Shown here: positions 26,654 to 38,227 of the stretch, one piece after another | Numbering within the stretch: position 1 is the stretch's first letter | Layout: each line of letters opens with the position of its first letter | Source: Tubulanus polymorphus | Lineage: Eukaryota > Animalia > Nemertea | Direction of reading: 5' to 3' | NCBI RefSeq assembly: GCF_964204645.1 | Contig: NC_134027.1 | Coordinates: 13,796,485-13,860,484 of the forward strand | DNA length: 64,000 bases | Position numbers and translations under genes: made by a program | The notes under the pieces: generated by a model | The model's database searches: none | What the model saw: the letters and a program-made list of their open reading frames with translations, nothing else | Told to the model about the DNA's origin: nothing

Positions 26654-26890
26654 CTAAATCTCGACTCGATAAACCTTGATTTTCATATTCAGCAGGTATT
26701 CTCGATCTAATTCTTCTATCATTTTTTCTGTTGATGGGACTTTAGAACCACTATCTGCTATATTAGAATTATATGCTGATTCATCATCATTATCAATATT
26801 AGTTTCATTAAAATCAGGTTGTGGTTCATCACTTATACCGGGTTCATCACCAAAAGTATCAAATGGAATATCTTCCCCACCTTCTGCCAT
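26654..26890 (-). pseudogene. Polinton hypothetical protein N-terminus (MAEGGEDIPF), probably once continuous with the 26528 ORF
   Basis: TAAATG start context as in neighbouring genes; acidic N-terminus; breaks downstream. Confidence 0.45.
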
Positions 26891-27102
26891 TTACATAATA
26901 AAAAAATTAAAATTTAAAATATAATATTCCTCCGATTACAATTCCTATACAAGTTATAGCTAATTTAGTATTTTCATGGGATTTATTATCATCATTTGGT
27001 TTAATTATATCATGTTGAATAATATCAGTTTTTATATTTTCTGATGTATTATAATCTTTTATTTTAGAATCATTATTTAATTTAATATTCTTAGTTTTAG
27101 TT

Positions 27103-27789
27103 TCAGTTGATTGAATGTTTTTTATTTTTTTCTCCTTCCATTAATTTTGGAGCAGTAATAATCTTTTTATTTATATCATTCAATCCAAATGAATTATTTA
27201 TTGTTGCAGTTTTAATTAGATTATTATAACCAATTATGTTTCCCATCTTTAATACTAAATCATTAGAAATAATTAATAGATTAGGGCCTATACAATAATT
27301 TAATCTAATATGTGATTTATCTAAATAATTTTGATATCTTACAATGTTTTCTGGAATCGATCTATTTTTATCATTATGAATTGAATCTTCAAATAAAACT
27401 TTAAATTGTTTTTGTGTATCGAATGATGTATTCAAATTTCCAATTATCGGTGATCTTGTTTCAACTTGTGATCCTAGAATACAAATCAAATAAGTTCTAA
27501 TAGATTGATTTATTCTTTCTATACCTGATTTAGTAAAACCTTCACTATTTTCTAAAATAAAATAAACCCAACCATTATTGTTTTCTTGTTTTAAATGATC
27601 ATAAAATTTCGGTAATTTATTGAAATTTAATGTTTCTAAATCCTTAGTTTCTATTTTACCATAACCTAATTTATTGGATGGTATGGGAAATGCACAATAT
27701 TCTGCAATCTTTTTAGGGCAAGGAAGTGATCTTATTGTCCCAATTTTTGTTCTAAAATCAGAATCAATATTATCAACTTTATCTTCCAT
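27103..27789 (-). CDS. Polinton hypothetical protein
   Basis: 228-aa ORF, TAAATG start, co-oriented within the gene array. Confidence 0.6.
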   Translation of the reverse strand: MEDKVDNIDSDFRTKIGTIRSLPCPKKIAEYCAFPIPSNKLGYGKIETKDLETLNFNKLPKFYDHLKQENNNGWVYFILENSEGFTKSGIERINQSIRTYLICILGSQVETRSPIIGNLNTSFDTQKQFKVLFEDSIHNDKNRSIPENIVRYQNYLDKSHIRLNYCIGPNLLIISNDLVLKMGNIIGYNNLIKTATINNSFGLNDINKKIITAPKLMEGEKNKKHSIN

Positions 27790-27805
27790 TTATTTAGCAA
27801 AAAAA

Positions 27806-28231
27806 TTAATAATTAGTAAATTTATATGCTACAAATATAACAATAACTGTTCCCCCTAAAATCCAAATTATTTCATATTTCTTCTGTTCATTACTTGGGG
27901 TATAATAATCGGATAATTTAGGTTTGTATAGATGTAATTTTTCTTTATTGGTTACCGCGTTATATAAACTCATTGCATCATCAACTGATTGAAAATCTCT
28001 ATGTGAAATCTTCTGATCATATAATTCTTTATTGATGTAATCCATATAGTTTTGTCGTTTTTCTCTATATTCTTCTGCTGCTTTATTATATTTCTCTAAT
28101 GCTGAGTTATGTCTTTTTTGTTCTGTTAATGAACCTTTTTTATCAATATGCTTGAATAAATAACCACCACCAGTAAATGCTAAAGCGTTAACAATTGCCG
28201 ATCCTATAATAGTTATAACTGCAGAAGCCAT
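27806..28231 (-). CDS. Polinton hypothetical membrane protein
   Basis: 141 aa with hydrophobic N- and C-termini (IVNALAFTGGGYLF; IIWILGGTVIVIFVAY). Confidence 0.65.
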   Translation of the reverse strand: MASAVITIIGSAIVNALAFTGGGYLFKHIDKKGSLTEQKRHNSALEKYNKAAEEYREKRQNYMDYINKELYDQKISHRDFQSVDDAMSLYNAVTNKEKLHLYKPKLSDYYTPSNEQKKYEIIWILGGTVIVIFVAYKFTNY

Positions 28232-28256
28232 TTATTTAGTAAAATAATTATGTATT

Positions 28257-29552
28257 TATATGGGAGGAATATATTTTTGTTTTTCTAAATAATCAATAGT
28301 TAAATTAGATAAAGTAACTGCTAATGTTAATTTTAAAATATCATTTTAAAAACTCTTCAGTTGGCGTCACCACGTCTCACGTGACAGCTTTAACAAAGAG
28401 ACTAGGTCGTGGTCACGCCTCAAGTGACGGTTCCTTTTACCCCCGATAGATGGCAAAGTAGTCAAGCCTGGCTGCTGACACTGAGTCAGTATGCTCTATA
28501 GAGAGCCAGTATGCTCTATAGAGAGCTCACAAGCGATTGTATATACTCTACACACACAGGCAGTATGTACTGGTTGTCGTCGGCAACCAGGAATGTGAGT
28601 GTTGTATCAGCGGTTTTGGACCATATTCCTTGTTTCGACATATACCATACCCAGCTCAATTATCGCTTAGAACATATCAATCTTTTAACTAAACAAACTT
28701 GCAAAATGCAATCTTATCACTAAATAAACTCTCAAATTAATGCTTTAATAAATTTGAACGATTTCTTTGAATTTCATTTGAATAAGATTTCTTTGAATTT
28801 CATTTGAATAAGTTTCATTTTTAGGAGCCTAATTATCTGAAAACCCTGGGTCATCTGGGGGGTCAAGATGACCCCCAGATGACTCCCTGGCACGTTTTAT
28901 ATCAAGGAAATGAGATATCTAGAGGATTCAGAGGATCAACATTGAGGAAACCCAAAGAAACCAAACAACTGAGAAGTGATTACGAAATCAGCGAAAATTG
29001 AGCGATTTTCACTTTTTTGAGACCCTGAGGATTTTTTGAAATTTTTGACCCCCCAAAGAATAAAATGACTGCCCTGGATGGTTTTCTTGTTGTCCTATGA
29101 TATTATGAAAGAAAATAGCTATTTACTATTTTATTTGTATAAGATTCTGGCTTCTAAAGTGCAATACAAAGACGTTTTTGGTTGCGTGACCTCAACTTGA
29201 CCTCAGGTTTTGGGGGTCCTACCTTGCACCCTGTAGGTCCAAACTTTTTATAACTAACATTTTCTGGTAGAGATACCTATTAGCTTCATAACAGATATTG
29301 GTTTTAGGAGGGTCTCTACACTGGAAATGTATCTAACTTTACATAGAAATCATAAGACAATAAAGGCCAAAATTAATTCCCCACATTGAATGGATAATGA
29401 AGAAATATATCCCCAGCGGAAGAATCAAATCTATCAACATTAACACTTGCCATTTTGAATACTTTTTTTAATACCATTGAATAACCAACAGTTCCAACTG
29501 ATAGTAAGGCGCCATTATATAATCCAGTTATTATCCACTTATTATCACTCAT
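28257..29552 (-). pseudogene. Small hydrophobic Polinton ORF split by a ~1.07-kb insertion
   Basis: MSDNKWIITGLYNGALLSVGTVGYSMVLKKVFKMASVNVDRFD (from 29552) appears to continue as NDILKLTLAVTLSNLTIDYLEKQKYIPPI* (from ~28346). Confidence 0.6.
28347..29423. mobile_element. Unclassified non-coding insertion in the Polinton
   Basis: Higher GC than its flanks; interrupts an ORF; imperfect subterminal IR TCTTCAGTTGG / CCAGCGGAAGA; no clear TSD. Confidence 0.5.
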
Positions 29553-29909
29553 TTATTTATCAAAAAAATTACTATCATCAAAATATTTAGTTAACTTATT
29601 TATGATTAATTCAACATTTATTTCATTACTAGTTTCATTTGTATATATTTCAATTATAATTTTTTTAATATCATCAATAATAAAATCTTCATCTAATTCA
29701 TAAAATCTTAAAGATTCTCTAATTAAATTAGTAATCTTTTCTACATTTAAAGTTTCTTTATTTATTGTTGTTTCATACTCAAATGTTGTTTCATTAGAAA
29801 ATGCAATATTTTTAATATGTGTAATTACATCATTAACGTTAAATTTCATTTCTTTCTCACGTCTAAAATCAAACCCAAAACATATACTCGGCCCAACAGT
29901 TATATTCAT
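29553..29909 (-). CDS. Polinton hypothetical protein
   Basis: 118-aa ORF, TAAATG start, in the tightly packed array. Confidence 0.55.
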   Translation of the reverse strand: MNITVGPSICFGFDFRREKEMKFNVNDVITHIKNIAFSNETTFEYETTINKETLNVEKITNLIRESLRFYELDEDFIIDDIKKIIIEIYTNETSNEINVELIINKLTKYFDDSNFFDK

Positions 29910-29925
29910 TTATATAATGAAAAAA

Positions 29926-30684
29926 TTACTCTCTACATCTTATAACTAATTCATAAATTACAGGAAAGTTATTCAAATCAATTAAATATCCATTATGATT
30001 TCTTATTTCTAATTTAAAATTATTGAATTGAGGAATACAAGGTTTAAAATCACATTCAGTTAAATTATAATTTATTTGAGTTCCAAATTGTTTAACATTT
30101 TTTAGCGGTAAAATATTTAGTATACTAGAATTACAAATTGTATCTTTAGTTGTTTCGAATGTTTTTGTAGGATCAATTAAATTGCAATAAATATAAAAGT
30201 GTGTAAAAGGTATTATATTTGAATTACCATCTACGTTTCCTGTAACAGTATGTGGTACAATTCTTAACAGTTTAGCTATAGGGTTTTTTACCATAAATGC
30301 ATGTTGACTTTCATCATATACCTTTATTTTAATTTTATTTGTGCTATCACTTTTTATAAATCTAATTAAAAATTTATCATCTTTTCTAATTTTCAACCGT
30401 GCTCTTCGATTAATTTCTTGAGCTAATGTTTCTAAATTATATAATCCTGGTTTTAAAATTAGATGAAACCATTTATTTACATTTCTAATATGAATCATAA
30501 AAGCATTATCTTCAATAGTTTTATCCGTTATATTATAAAAAGAATTACATAAACTTATATTTACTAATTTTAAATCTACACAATTTTTATATTCCCTATC
30601 TAATTGAACTAGTAAATTATGAGATTTATAATTTGTAAGTTTTCTAGAATCAACAAATATTCTGTATTCTTTTAATTCCGCCAT
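29926..30684 (-). CDS. Polinton minor capsid (penton) protein
   Basis: 252 aa; IFVDSR, PGLYN..L..EIN, YIYCNLI and a C-terminal LEIRNHNGYLIDLNNFPVIYELVIR, typical of single jelly-roll pentons. Confidence 0.72.
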   Translation of the reverse strand: MAELKEYRIFVDSRKLTNYKSHNLLVQLDREYKNCVDLKLVNISLCNSFYNITDKTIEDNAFMIHIRNVNKWFHLILKPGLYNLETLAQEINRRARLKIRKDDKFLIRFIKSDSTNKIKIKVYDESQHAFMVKNPIAKLLRIVPHTVTGNVDGNSNIIPFTHFYIYCNLIDPTKTFETTKDTICNSSILNILPLKNVKQFGTQINYNLTECDFKPCIPQFNNFKLEIRNHNGYLIDLNNFPVIYELVIRCRE

Positions 30685-30701
30685 TTATTTTACATATTTT
30701 C

Positions 30702-31055
30702 TTATTCGAAATCTATTTCATTGTGCCCTTTTTCATTCTTACCTTTGTATACGAAATAGAAATCTCCAGAACATAATTCTTCTAAATCTTCACTTGATAA
30801 TCTATGAAATCTATCCGGTAAATATGTTCTGAGTTTATGTGTATTTCCTTTTAATCCTTCATATTCTAAGTGTATAACTAATTTATCTCCATATTTGTTA
30901 GTAACTGTATCAATATTTGTAATTAGATATTTCTTATGGATTATCAATTCTGTTAACTTTTTGAATTTATAATCTACAGATTTTACATTTGTAGTATCTT
31001 TTATTCTATCTAGAAATAATTTGTTGTTCTCACTGTGTGTTTGTTTACTCTCCAT
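30702..31055 (-). CDS. Polinton hypothetical protein, possible OB-fold/ssDNA-binding
   Basis: 117-aa ORF directly after pPolB; TNKYGDKLVIHL..YLPDRF. Function is inferred only. Confidence 0.5.
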   Translation of the reverse strand: MESKQTHSENNKLFLDRIKDTTNVKSVDYKFKKLTELIIHKKYLITNIDTVTNKYGDKLVIHLEYEGLKGNTHKLRTYLPDRFHRLSSEDLEELCSGDFYFVYKGKNEKGHNEIDFE

Positions 31056-31084
31056 TTATAATACATATTTTTATTAAAATTTGA

Positions 31085-34000
31085 TTAACACGTTAAAATT
31101 CTTTTCATTATCTCATTCTCTTTTGTTTCTTCTCTTTTAAATTTTAAGTATTCATCTAAATTACAACCATAAGCAACTGTATGAATTCCATCATCTAAAA
31201 TATATCTTTCATCATCAAATGGGTTTAGACTTATCTTTTCAATTTCTTCAATACACATTTCATGATCTTCAGATCTTAAACATCTCATCTTATGTTTTCT
31301 AACTTCATTGAATATACAATTGATGTAATCTTTGAAATGAATATTCTTTTCTACTACACTTTTGGTTATTCCTTTTAACTTTTTAGCTTCATGTTCTTTA
31401 GTTTTATATGAATACATTTTAGATCTAATACCTATGAATTCAATCATTTCTTCACCACCTAATTCATCTTTGAATTTACCGGGAACTTTTTTATTATCAT
31501 TGCTAAACAATTCATGATCTTTAGGATAGTTACTAAAATCAGAATGATGTTTTAATGTTTTTAAATCATCTGTTATGTTATCAGTTTTTATCTTTAATAT
31601 GTAACTGTCGGTATCAAAATATAGTATTTCTATATGTTTTTCTCCAAAAAGTGGTTGTAATACATTATAATAGAATTCATACATTAGTAATTTTGATAAT
31701 TCTAAAACTGAAGCGCCAACATAGATTGGTTTATTAAATTTCATTGATGTTCTTCTCATCTTAACTGCAGCTAAATTTTCATCAAATATTCTGTTACCTA
31801 AAAACTTAGGATATGACTGTAAATGTCTAATAATTCTTTTACCATTACTGACTAACTCAATATCATTTCTATTTCTAATATTTTCACAAGTCTTACCATA
31901 GAATGCATTGTTCATTAGTTTGAAGAAATCATTTTCGAAATCAGTTTTAGCTTCAGTTCTCTGTTTGGTGTTAAAATCTATATATTTTTTCTAACCACTT
32001 AGATTGACTAAATGAAATATATCTATGTACTTTTTTTAGAACCATTCCTTGATTCAAATAAAACTTTAACATTCTATAATGAACTACATAATTATATTTA
32101 TCTTCTTGAGTTACCATTAACTTTTCTGTATGAATATGATTTTCAGGTTTAATTCTTTTTTGATAACTTGATAATTCTTCATGAGTTACAGTTTTATGTT
32201 CGGGGCAGTATGCTAGATTTCTAGATTTAAATTTAATATGTTTAGGATATTCTAAATCTACAACAAAGAAGTAACCAGTATCTGAATCATCTGCAATATC
32301 TAGAATTCTTTTCTTCCAATCAAATTTATCATTATTTTCATTCTGTAAAACTTCACTTATTTCGAATACTCCATAAGGTTGTGGTTCCAACATTGCCCAA
32401 CCATACAAGTTATTTGCATCTATATATAATAACTTATATCCAGGATTATCATTTACATTGAAATATCTATCACCTAATACACCTGAAACTCCTCCTCTTA
32501 TAGATTTTTCAAATAATAGTAATTGATCTATATTTGTTAACAAATCCATTTTTATATCTGTAAATTTTAATCCACAATCCCATGTTAAACCTGGTGATGA
32601 ATAACAATGACATGGATCAATATTGAAATATTTTAGGTTTACATCTCTAAACCTTTCGAATATATCCGATAATATTAATACATCTGATTTTAAATATAAA
32701 TCTACTAATTGCCCATGATTTTCTATTTTGAAATGATTCCAAATATTCAATGTTCTATTATATACTTCATCTTTAACATATTCATTTTTTAATTCATCAT
32801 AGAATTGTTCTTTCAATAATTCAGTTATATTGAAATCATTATGATTTTTATAGAAAGAATATGGAATTGCTCCTTTATATCTCATTAATTTAAAATCATC
32901 ATTATTTGGGTAGTGTTGTTTTAATATTTTTAATTCTCAGGTGTTTTAGCTAACATTCTAAATTTATAAGTTGGTATTTTATCTTTTGATCTATTTGAAT
33001 TTAATCTTTCTATTTCATTATTAATTTCTTCTATTTTATGACATAACTGTTTGATAAATAAATGTGCATCATATCCTGATAGATTATGAAATATAACTGG
33101 TACAAAATTAATTTTCTTAGCTTGTAAGTTACAATTCTCATGTGCAGCGCCTCTAAACTTTCCATTCAAATGATCATGGTCTCTTACTTTTTTATCTTTA
33201 TAATTAAATATCTTTTCACAATAATAACATTTATCTGCAAACGCAAATGCTTCTTTATCTTCTTCTGTCATTATAATTTCTATATTTGTATTCAATAATT
33301 TACTAAATCTTATTTCATATTCAATTAATAAGTCACAAAAATGATTGATAACATTTTCATTTCTGTAATGATAATATTCACTTTCAATTAGTTCTGGATA
33401 ATCAGATTTTATATATAACCCGAAAGCTGCAGCTGATTGATGAATCTTTTTAATAGTATTTGTTTTTGGTGGTTCTTCAGAATAATCATTTTCATTAGAA
33501 TTTAATTTCTTTCTTTTATAATATATTTCTTTTCTATCTTGATCAGTTAATTCTTTATTTAATGATTCAAAATCTCCATATATTACAAATGGTACTTTAT
33601 TTTTGTAATCATATTTTTTGAATTCTAATATTTTATCCTTTTCATTTGGTAAAACTAATTTACAATAATCATGATTTTCACATAATTGTTTATGATTTAA
33701 TAATGTACTTTCATTACTGAATTTATGTAAACATTTTCTACATAGATATATTTTATTATGGTGATCACTTTCTGTTCTAAAGAATAAATCTATTTGTTTA
33801 ATCCACATATAATGATTCTCATAATATAATATATCTATAACATCGTTTGAATCATAATCTTTTGATAGGTATAAAGGTTCTAATGTATAATGTTTTATAT
33901 TATTACCTTTTGTATTTGGTAATTTGATAAAAATAAAATACATTTATCTTTATATTATTATCTCTTTCTATCTTTGGGATGTTTTTAATTATAACAGGAT

Positions 34001-35021
34001 ACTTATCTATCTTATAATTATTTTCAAATGGTTTATAATGAGTTAACCTACAAATATTATGAGTTGCAGGATGTAAACAACTTATTATAGCCCATAGAAA
34101 ACATTTATCATCAAAATTGTGTACATTTATTACAGCATTAGTTTTAAATGGTAGTTTAATATAACTCGATGCTTCAATATCTGGTTCTTTATAATATGAC
34201 ACATTATTTTCATCTATTGGTTTTGATTTAGTTAACTTATTATATTTTGTGTTATAAACATGTAAAGTCATAAATATTATTTCATCAAATATTAAACCAG
34301 ATCCTTCAAAATATTTCTCTTCTATTTTAGTTTTTACTTCATTATAACATTTATCTAATTTATCATCTATATGTTGTTTAGATATAATATGTTGTGAATG
34401 AGAATTTATATTATATATTGGTTTATCTTCAGATTTTATAAACTTTACTTTAACTGATATACTAATTTTAGGATATTCAACATCAGTTATTATTTTTATT
34501 ATTTCTTTCATATTTTCTAAATGTTTTTTATTTTCTTCTAATGTTTTTCCTTTATGAAATTTAAACTCGATAGCTGCTGGACCAATATAACTTTTAAATG
34601 CTTCGGTTATCTCTATATCTTTTTAATTATCCAATGAATTAATATATTTTCTTACATCTTCCATGTATGGTCTTTTATTGTTTAATTTATTTTTTATGCT
34701 TTTAATTGTCTTCTGTTTCTTATCATTATCTTTATCAAAATAATCTTCACCTAAAATATCATTATTCTTATTTCTAATATGACTTTTAGATTTTAAACGT
34801 TCATTATAATATATTTTATCACTGAATGATTGATTACATGTATCACATTTGTATGTTTCTTTTTCATTCTTTAATTCATCTAATTTAGTTTCTAATATAT
34901 CATCGTTATATTCTAATTTTAATTTATTCTCTAAATGTGTTTTAGTTTTATTGTGTCTTGCTTTTTGGGATTTATCTATATTGATATTACATGTTGGGCA
35001 GTAGTACTTATTTGCTTCCAT
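31085..35021 (-). pseudogene. Protein-primed family B DNA polymerase (pPolB), broken into five ORFs
   Basis: N-terminal C2H2 fingers; KCFLWAI (OTU-like); YGDFES; CYYC..DHDHLNGKFRGAAHENCN (EndoVII-like); HNLSGYDAH; DANNLYGWAM; KLMNNAFYGK; YFDTDS. Confidence 0.93.
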
Positions 35022-35271
35022 TTTAATATCAAATTTTTTATTAAAATTGATTTTAGAAGTTCAATGATTTATATCATGTATTATTTCAATCACACTTTAC
35101 TAACACTTTTAATGTTTAAAAATCTAACTCATACAAATATGAATATTGAAATAATGTTGTAAATATATCTATATATCTATTCTATAAAAGCTCACACTTT
35201 TATATTGAATAATCTGTAAATTTAAATGTTATTCATGTAAATTATGTTTATATATATATGAATATTTTAAG

Positions 35272-35460
35272 AGTAATAGGGATAATAGGCTTTCAGGTTA
35301 AAGGTTGAAGGGGCGAGTGAGTAAAAAATGAAAATAACAATAATTCACAGTTGAATTAGGAGTGTGCGCGACTAATTCAACTGTAAATTATTGTTATTTT
35401 CATTTTTTTACGAGCTCGACCGTTCGACCTTTGATCTGAAAGCCTATTATCCCTATTACT
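35272..35460. repeat. Terminal imperfect palindrome of the right TIR
   Basis: Reverse complement of 22200-22392, 4 bp shorter. Confidence 0.93.
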
Positions 35461-35700
35461 TGTATCTACCGTATGAGAATTTACATGCGAGTCAACGATA
35501 TTTCTATTTACATTTGGATAACTGTCACATTAATTTACACTATTTACAAATTCTATAACATAACAACAACTTCGAGACAGTCCAGTCTACGAATTGTACG
35601 CAAAGTCCCTCCGCTGGTTCCTAGTGGCTTTCCATCGGTTTGTAGACCAAGTTGTAGACATCAGCACTCACAAACTAACACTAGTGACTAGTGACATGTT
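35461..35700 (-). mobile_element. 5' remainder of the LINE interrupted by the Polinton
   Basis: Removing the Polinton gives in-frame DSYPNVNRNIVDSHVNSHTVDT|YPDVNSNNHVPDV leading into the APE domain. Confidence 0.7.
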
Positions 35701-37660
35701 TGAGACGAGTGATCAGTAGCCCTTGACAAGACGCTTGTACTGATGTATGGTATAACTCTGTAACTCACATGGTTCTCCAGTAGCGCCACCTATAAGACGC
35801 TGGAAAACTCATTTTCATCTATATCGACTAAGGGTATCAATGGATTTCTATAAAAATTGATGCACATGTACCTGGTTACTAAATGCAACGAACCCCTTAC
35901 ATGATTAGTTCCTATTTTAACCACTAGGGGGCGTAAATTTTGAAAAATTGATTTTAGCATCGATTTTTCGTATGTAATGCGGTCTGTTTATTATGAAAAT
36001 CACAAAACTTGGTATAAGTACAAAGACATGTGTGTAATATGCCATCCTGCATGATTAGTTCATACAACCGCCACAAGGGGACTGTGAAAACAACGATTTT
36101 TCTCCTAGGTCATTAACCGTTGGTGATAGAATCGAGGTTGCAATGTGTGGTTAGTACCCCTTTACAAGACACTTGTATTAGTGTAAGGTTTAAGTAGGTA
36201 ACTCATATGGTGCTCCAGTAGTGCTACCTACAAATTGTTGGAAATGCATTTTCATTGATATCTACTTATCGGATGGAGGGATTTCTATGAAAATTGATAC
36301 ACATGTACTTTGTTACGAGGGAATGGTATTTTCTTGAAGTTATTTTCCCTAAACTTGGTACATCATTACTTTGCACTTACGAGCCATGGGTCAACATATC
36401 CATGATATGGGCTGACCCATGATACAGGCTGAACCCTAGGTAGCGCTTCTTCTCAGATAGTGGTACGTAATGAACTTATTTCAGTGAAATCTTTTGCAAC
36501 CTTCCTAGTACGGTATTTAACCCGGCAAGGCAGAAACCCGTTATCGCTGCTTTGTAGCTATATTTATTATTATTATTATATTCTTTCTCACACTGGATCT
36601 TACTGAAAGGATAAAAACAACTGCAATTTACTTTCACTGTCGGTGAAACCATTCTGTATCACAAGTACTACGCTGCATTGACAAATACTGTATATAATAT
36701 TAATTAGAATTGCACTGTTTACTCACTGTGATCTTTGATTGGAGACCCCGTTCACCCACCAGGAGGCAGTAGCCCTTGACAAGACGCCTGTATTGATGTA
36801 TGGTTTAACCATGTAACTCATTTTGTTCTCCAGTAGCGCCACCTATAAAATGCTGGATAACGCATTTTCATCTATATCGACTAAGCGTGTGAATGGATTT
36901 CTATTAAAATTGATACAAATGTACCTGGTTACTAAATACAAAGAACCCCTCACATAATTAGTTCCTATTTTAACCACTAGGGAGGGCAAATTTTTAACAC
37001 TAATTTCAGCATCCGATTTTCGCATGTAATGCGGTCTGATTATTATGCAAATCACAAAACTTGGTATAAGTACATAGAAATGTGTGTAATATGCCAGCCT
37101 GCATGATTAGTTCATACAACTACCACCAGAGGACTGTGAAAACAACGATTTCTGCTCCTAGGTTCTTAACCGTTGCCAATAGGATCGTTGTTTGAATGTG
37201 TGGTTAGTAGCCCTTTACAAGACACCTGTATTGATGTATGGTTTAAGTAGGTAACTCATATGGTTTTCTAGGAGCGCCACCTACAAGTTACTGGAAATGC
37301 ATTTTAATTGATATCTACTAAGCGGATACAGGGATTTCTATGAAAATTGATATACATGTACCTGGATAGAAGATACAACGAATTCCTAACATAATTAGTT
37401 TCTATTCTAACAACTAGGGGGCGTTAACGTTGAAAACTCATTCTAGCTTCATGCTAACCGGAAAATTACCGGCCACTTGGGCACGGTAAAAGTACCGTAT
37501 CTTTGTTATTCTCGGTGTCATTTCCCCTAACCTTGGTACATTAGAACTTTTCGCGTAGTAGCCCATGTAGATCAACATAGCCATGTTATCAGCTGACCCC
37601 TAGATGGCTCTCCTTATCCAGCAAGGCAGAAACCCGTTATCGCTGCATTGCAGCTATATT

Positions 37661-38170
37661 TAAAACTATTATTATTGTTAAGCATTTCCATGTAGTAAGA
37701 GATATGAAATATTATGAACCGTTCCTTATGAAATTAGTATGAATGTAAATATAAATATGATTATGAAATATGTGACTTATATCAGGGTGACCAAGACAAG
37801 TGGAAAAAACACAAGTTAGCTTGATTCTCGTATTCAAATTTAATTCAACTTTATTTTATTCATCATATTTACAAAGCATATCATTGGTTCATGCAGTAAT
37901 AAAAATTAGGACAGAACAAATACTATTATAGAATTTTCAAAAAGGTAATGAATTTCTATAACTAAATGAACATTATATTTCTAATAACGAAGATCAAGAG
38001 TGACTCTTCCGTTTATTAGGAAACACTTTGACGTTTACACAGTGGATGCATATTAGGTTCGAATCTGTCAATGCATTTTATTCTATGTATCGGTATTTCA
38101 ATTTACTACAATTCCCATCATCCTGAATGGCTTTGCAGAAAACCCGACATCGCTGCTTTGCAGCTATATT
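37661..38170 (+). mobile_element. 3' part of another HINE (tail 38135-38170) that cuts the second Polinton
   Basis: GCAGAAAACCCGACATCGCTGCTTTGCAGCTATATT; matching head not identified in the window. Confidence 0.6.
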
Positions 38171-38227
38171 TAATATTTTGTACATATAATTGTATTTTAA
38201 TAATATTGGGGTGTCAGCTATTACAGA
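38171..38227 (-). other. Putative intein N-terminal splicing block (block A) inserted at pPolB motif C
   Basis: ILYFD is followed by SVIADTPILLKYNYMYKIL instead of TDSYIL; truncated by the HINE tail. Confidence 0.7.

Larger units (their letters stand above)
22200..35460. mobile_element. Polinton/Maverick (endogenous adintovirus-like element), internally deleted and decayed, 13.26 kb
   Basis: AGT..ACT termini; ~430-bp TIRs (22200-~22632 and ~35033-35460); 6-bp TSD TGTATC (22194-22199 and 35461-35466); integrase, ATPase, capsid and pPolB genes. Confidence 0.96.
14235..37660 (+). mobile_element. Nest of three HINE-C-type elements (heads ~14235, 14307, 14363; tails ending ~17064, 36564, 37660)
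   Basis: Heads are TAGGGTTT(T)CTG..GAAA(A)CCCT hairpins plus (TTA)n; tails are GCAGAAACCC plus a GCTGC-NNN-GCAGC-type hairpin. Bodies at ~17100 and ~36580 begin almost identically. Confidence 0.7.

Noticed and set aside
31971-31995. Programmed frameshift at WLEK-YID in pPolB (both copies break here, also near 38495)
   Set aside because: The lesions differ (+1 A versus loss of 2 nt) in a slippage-prone A/AT run, and both genes have many other breaks.
17950-36210. Long target-site duplication around the LINE (17950-18455 vs 35705-36210)
   Set aside because: The two segments differ at many positions and belong to the HINE-C repeated body; no clean TSD is visible.
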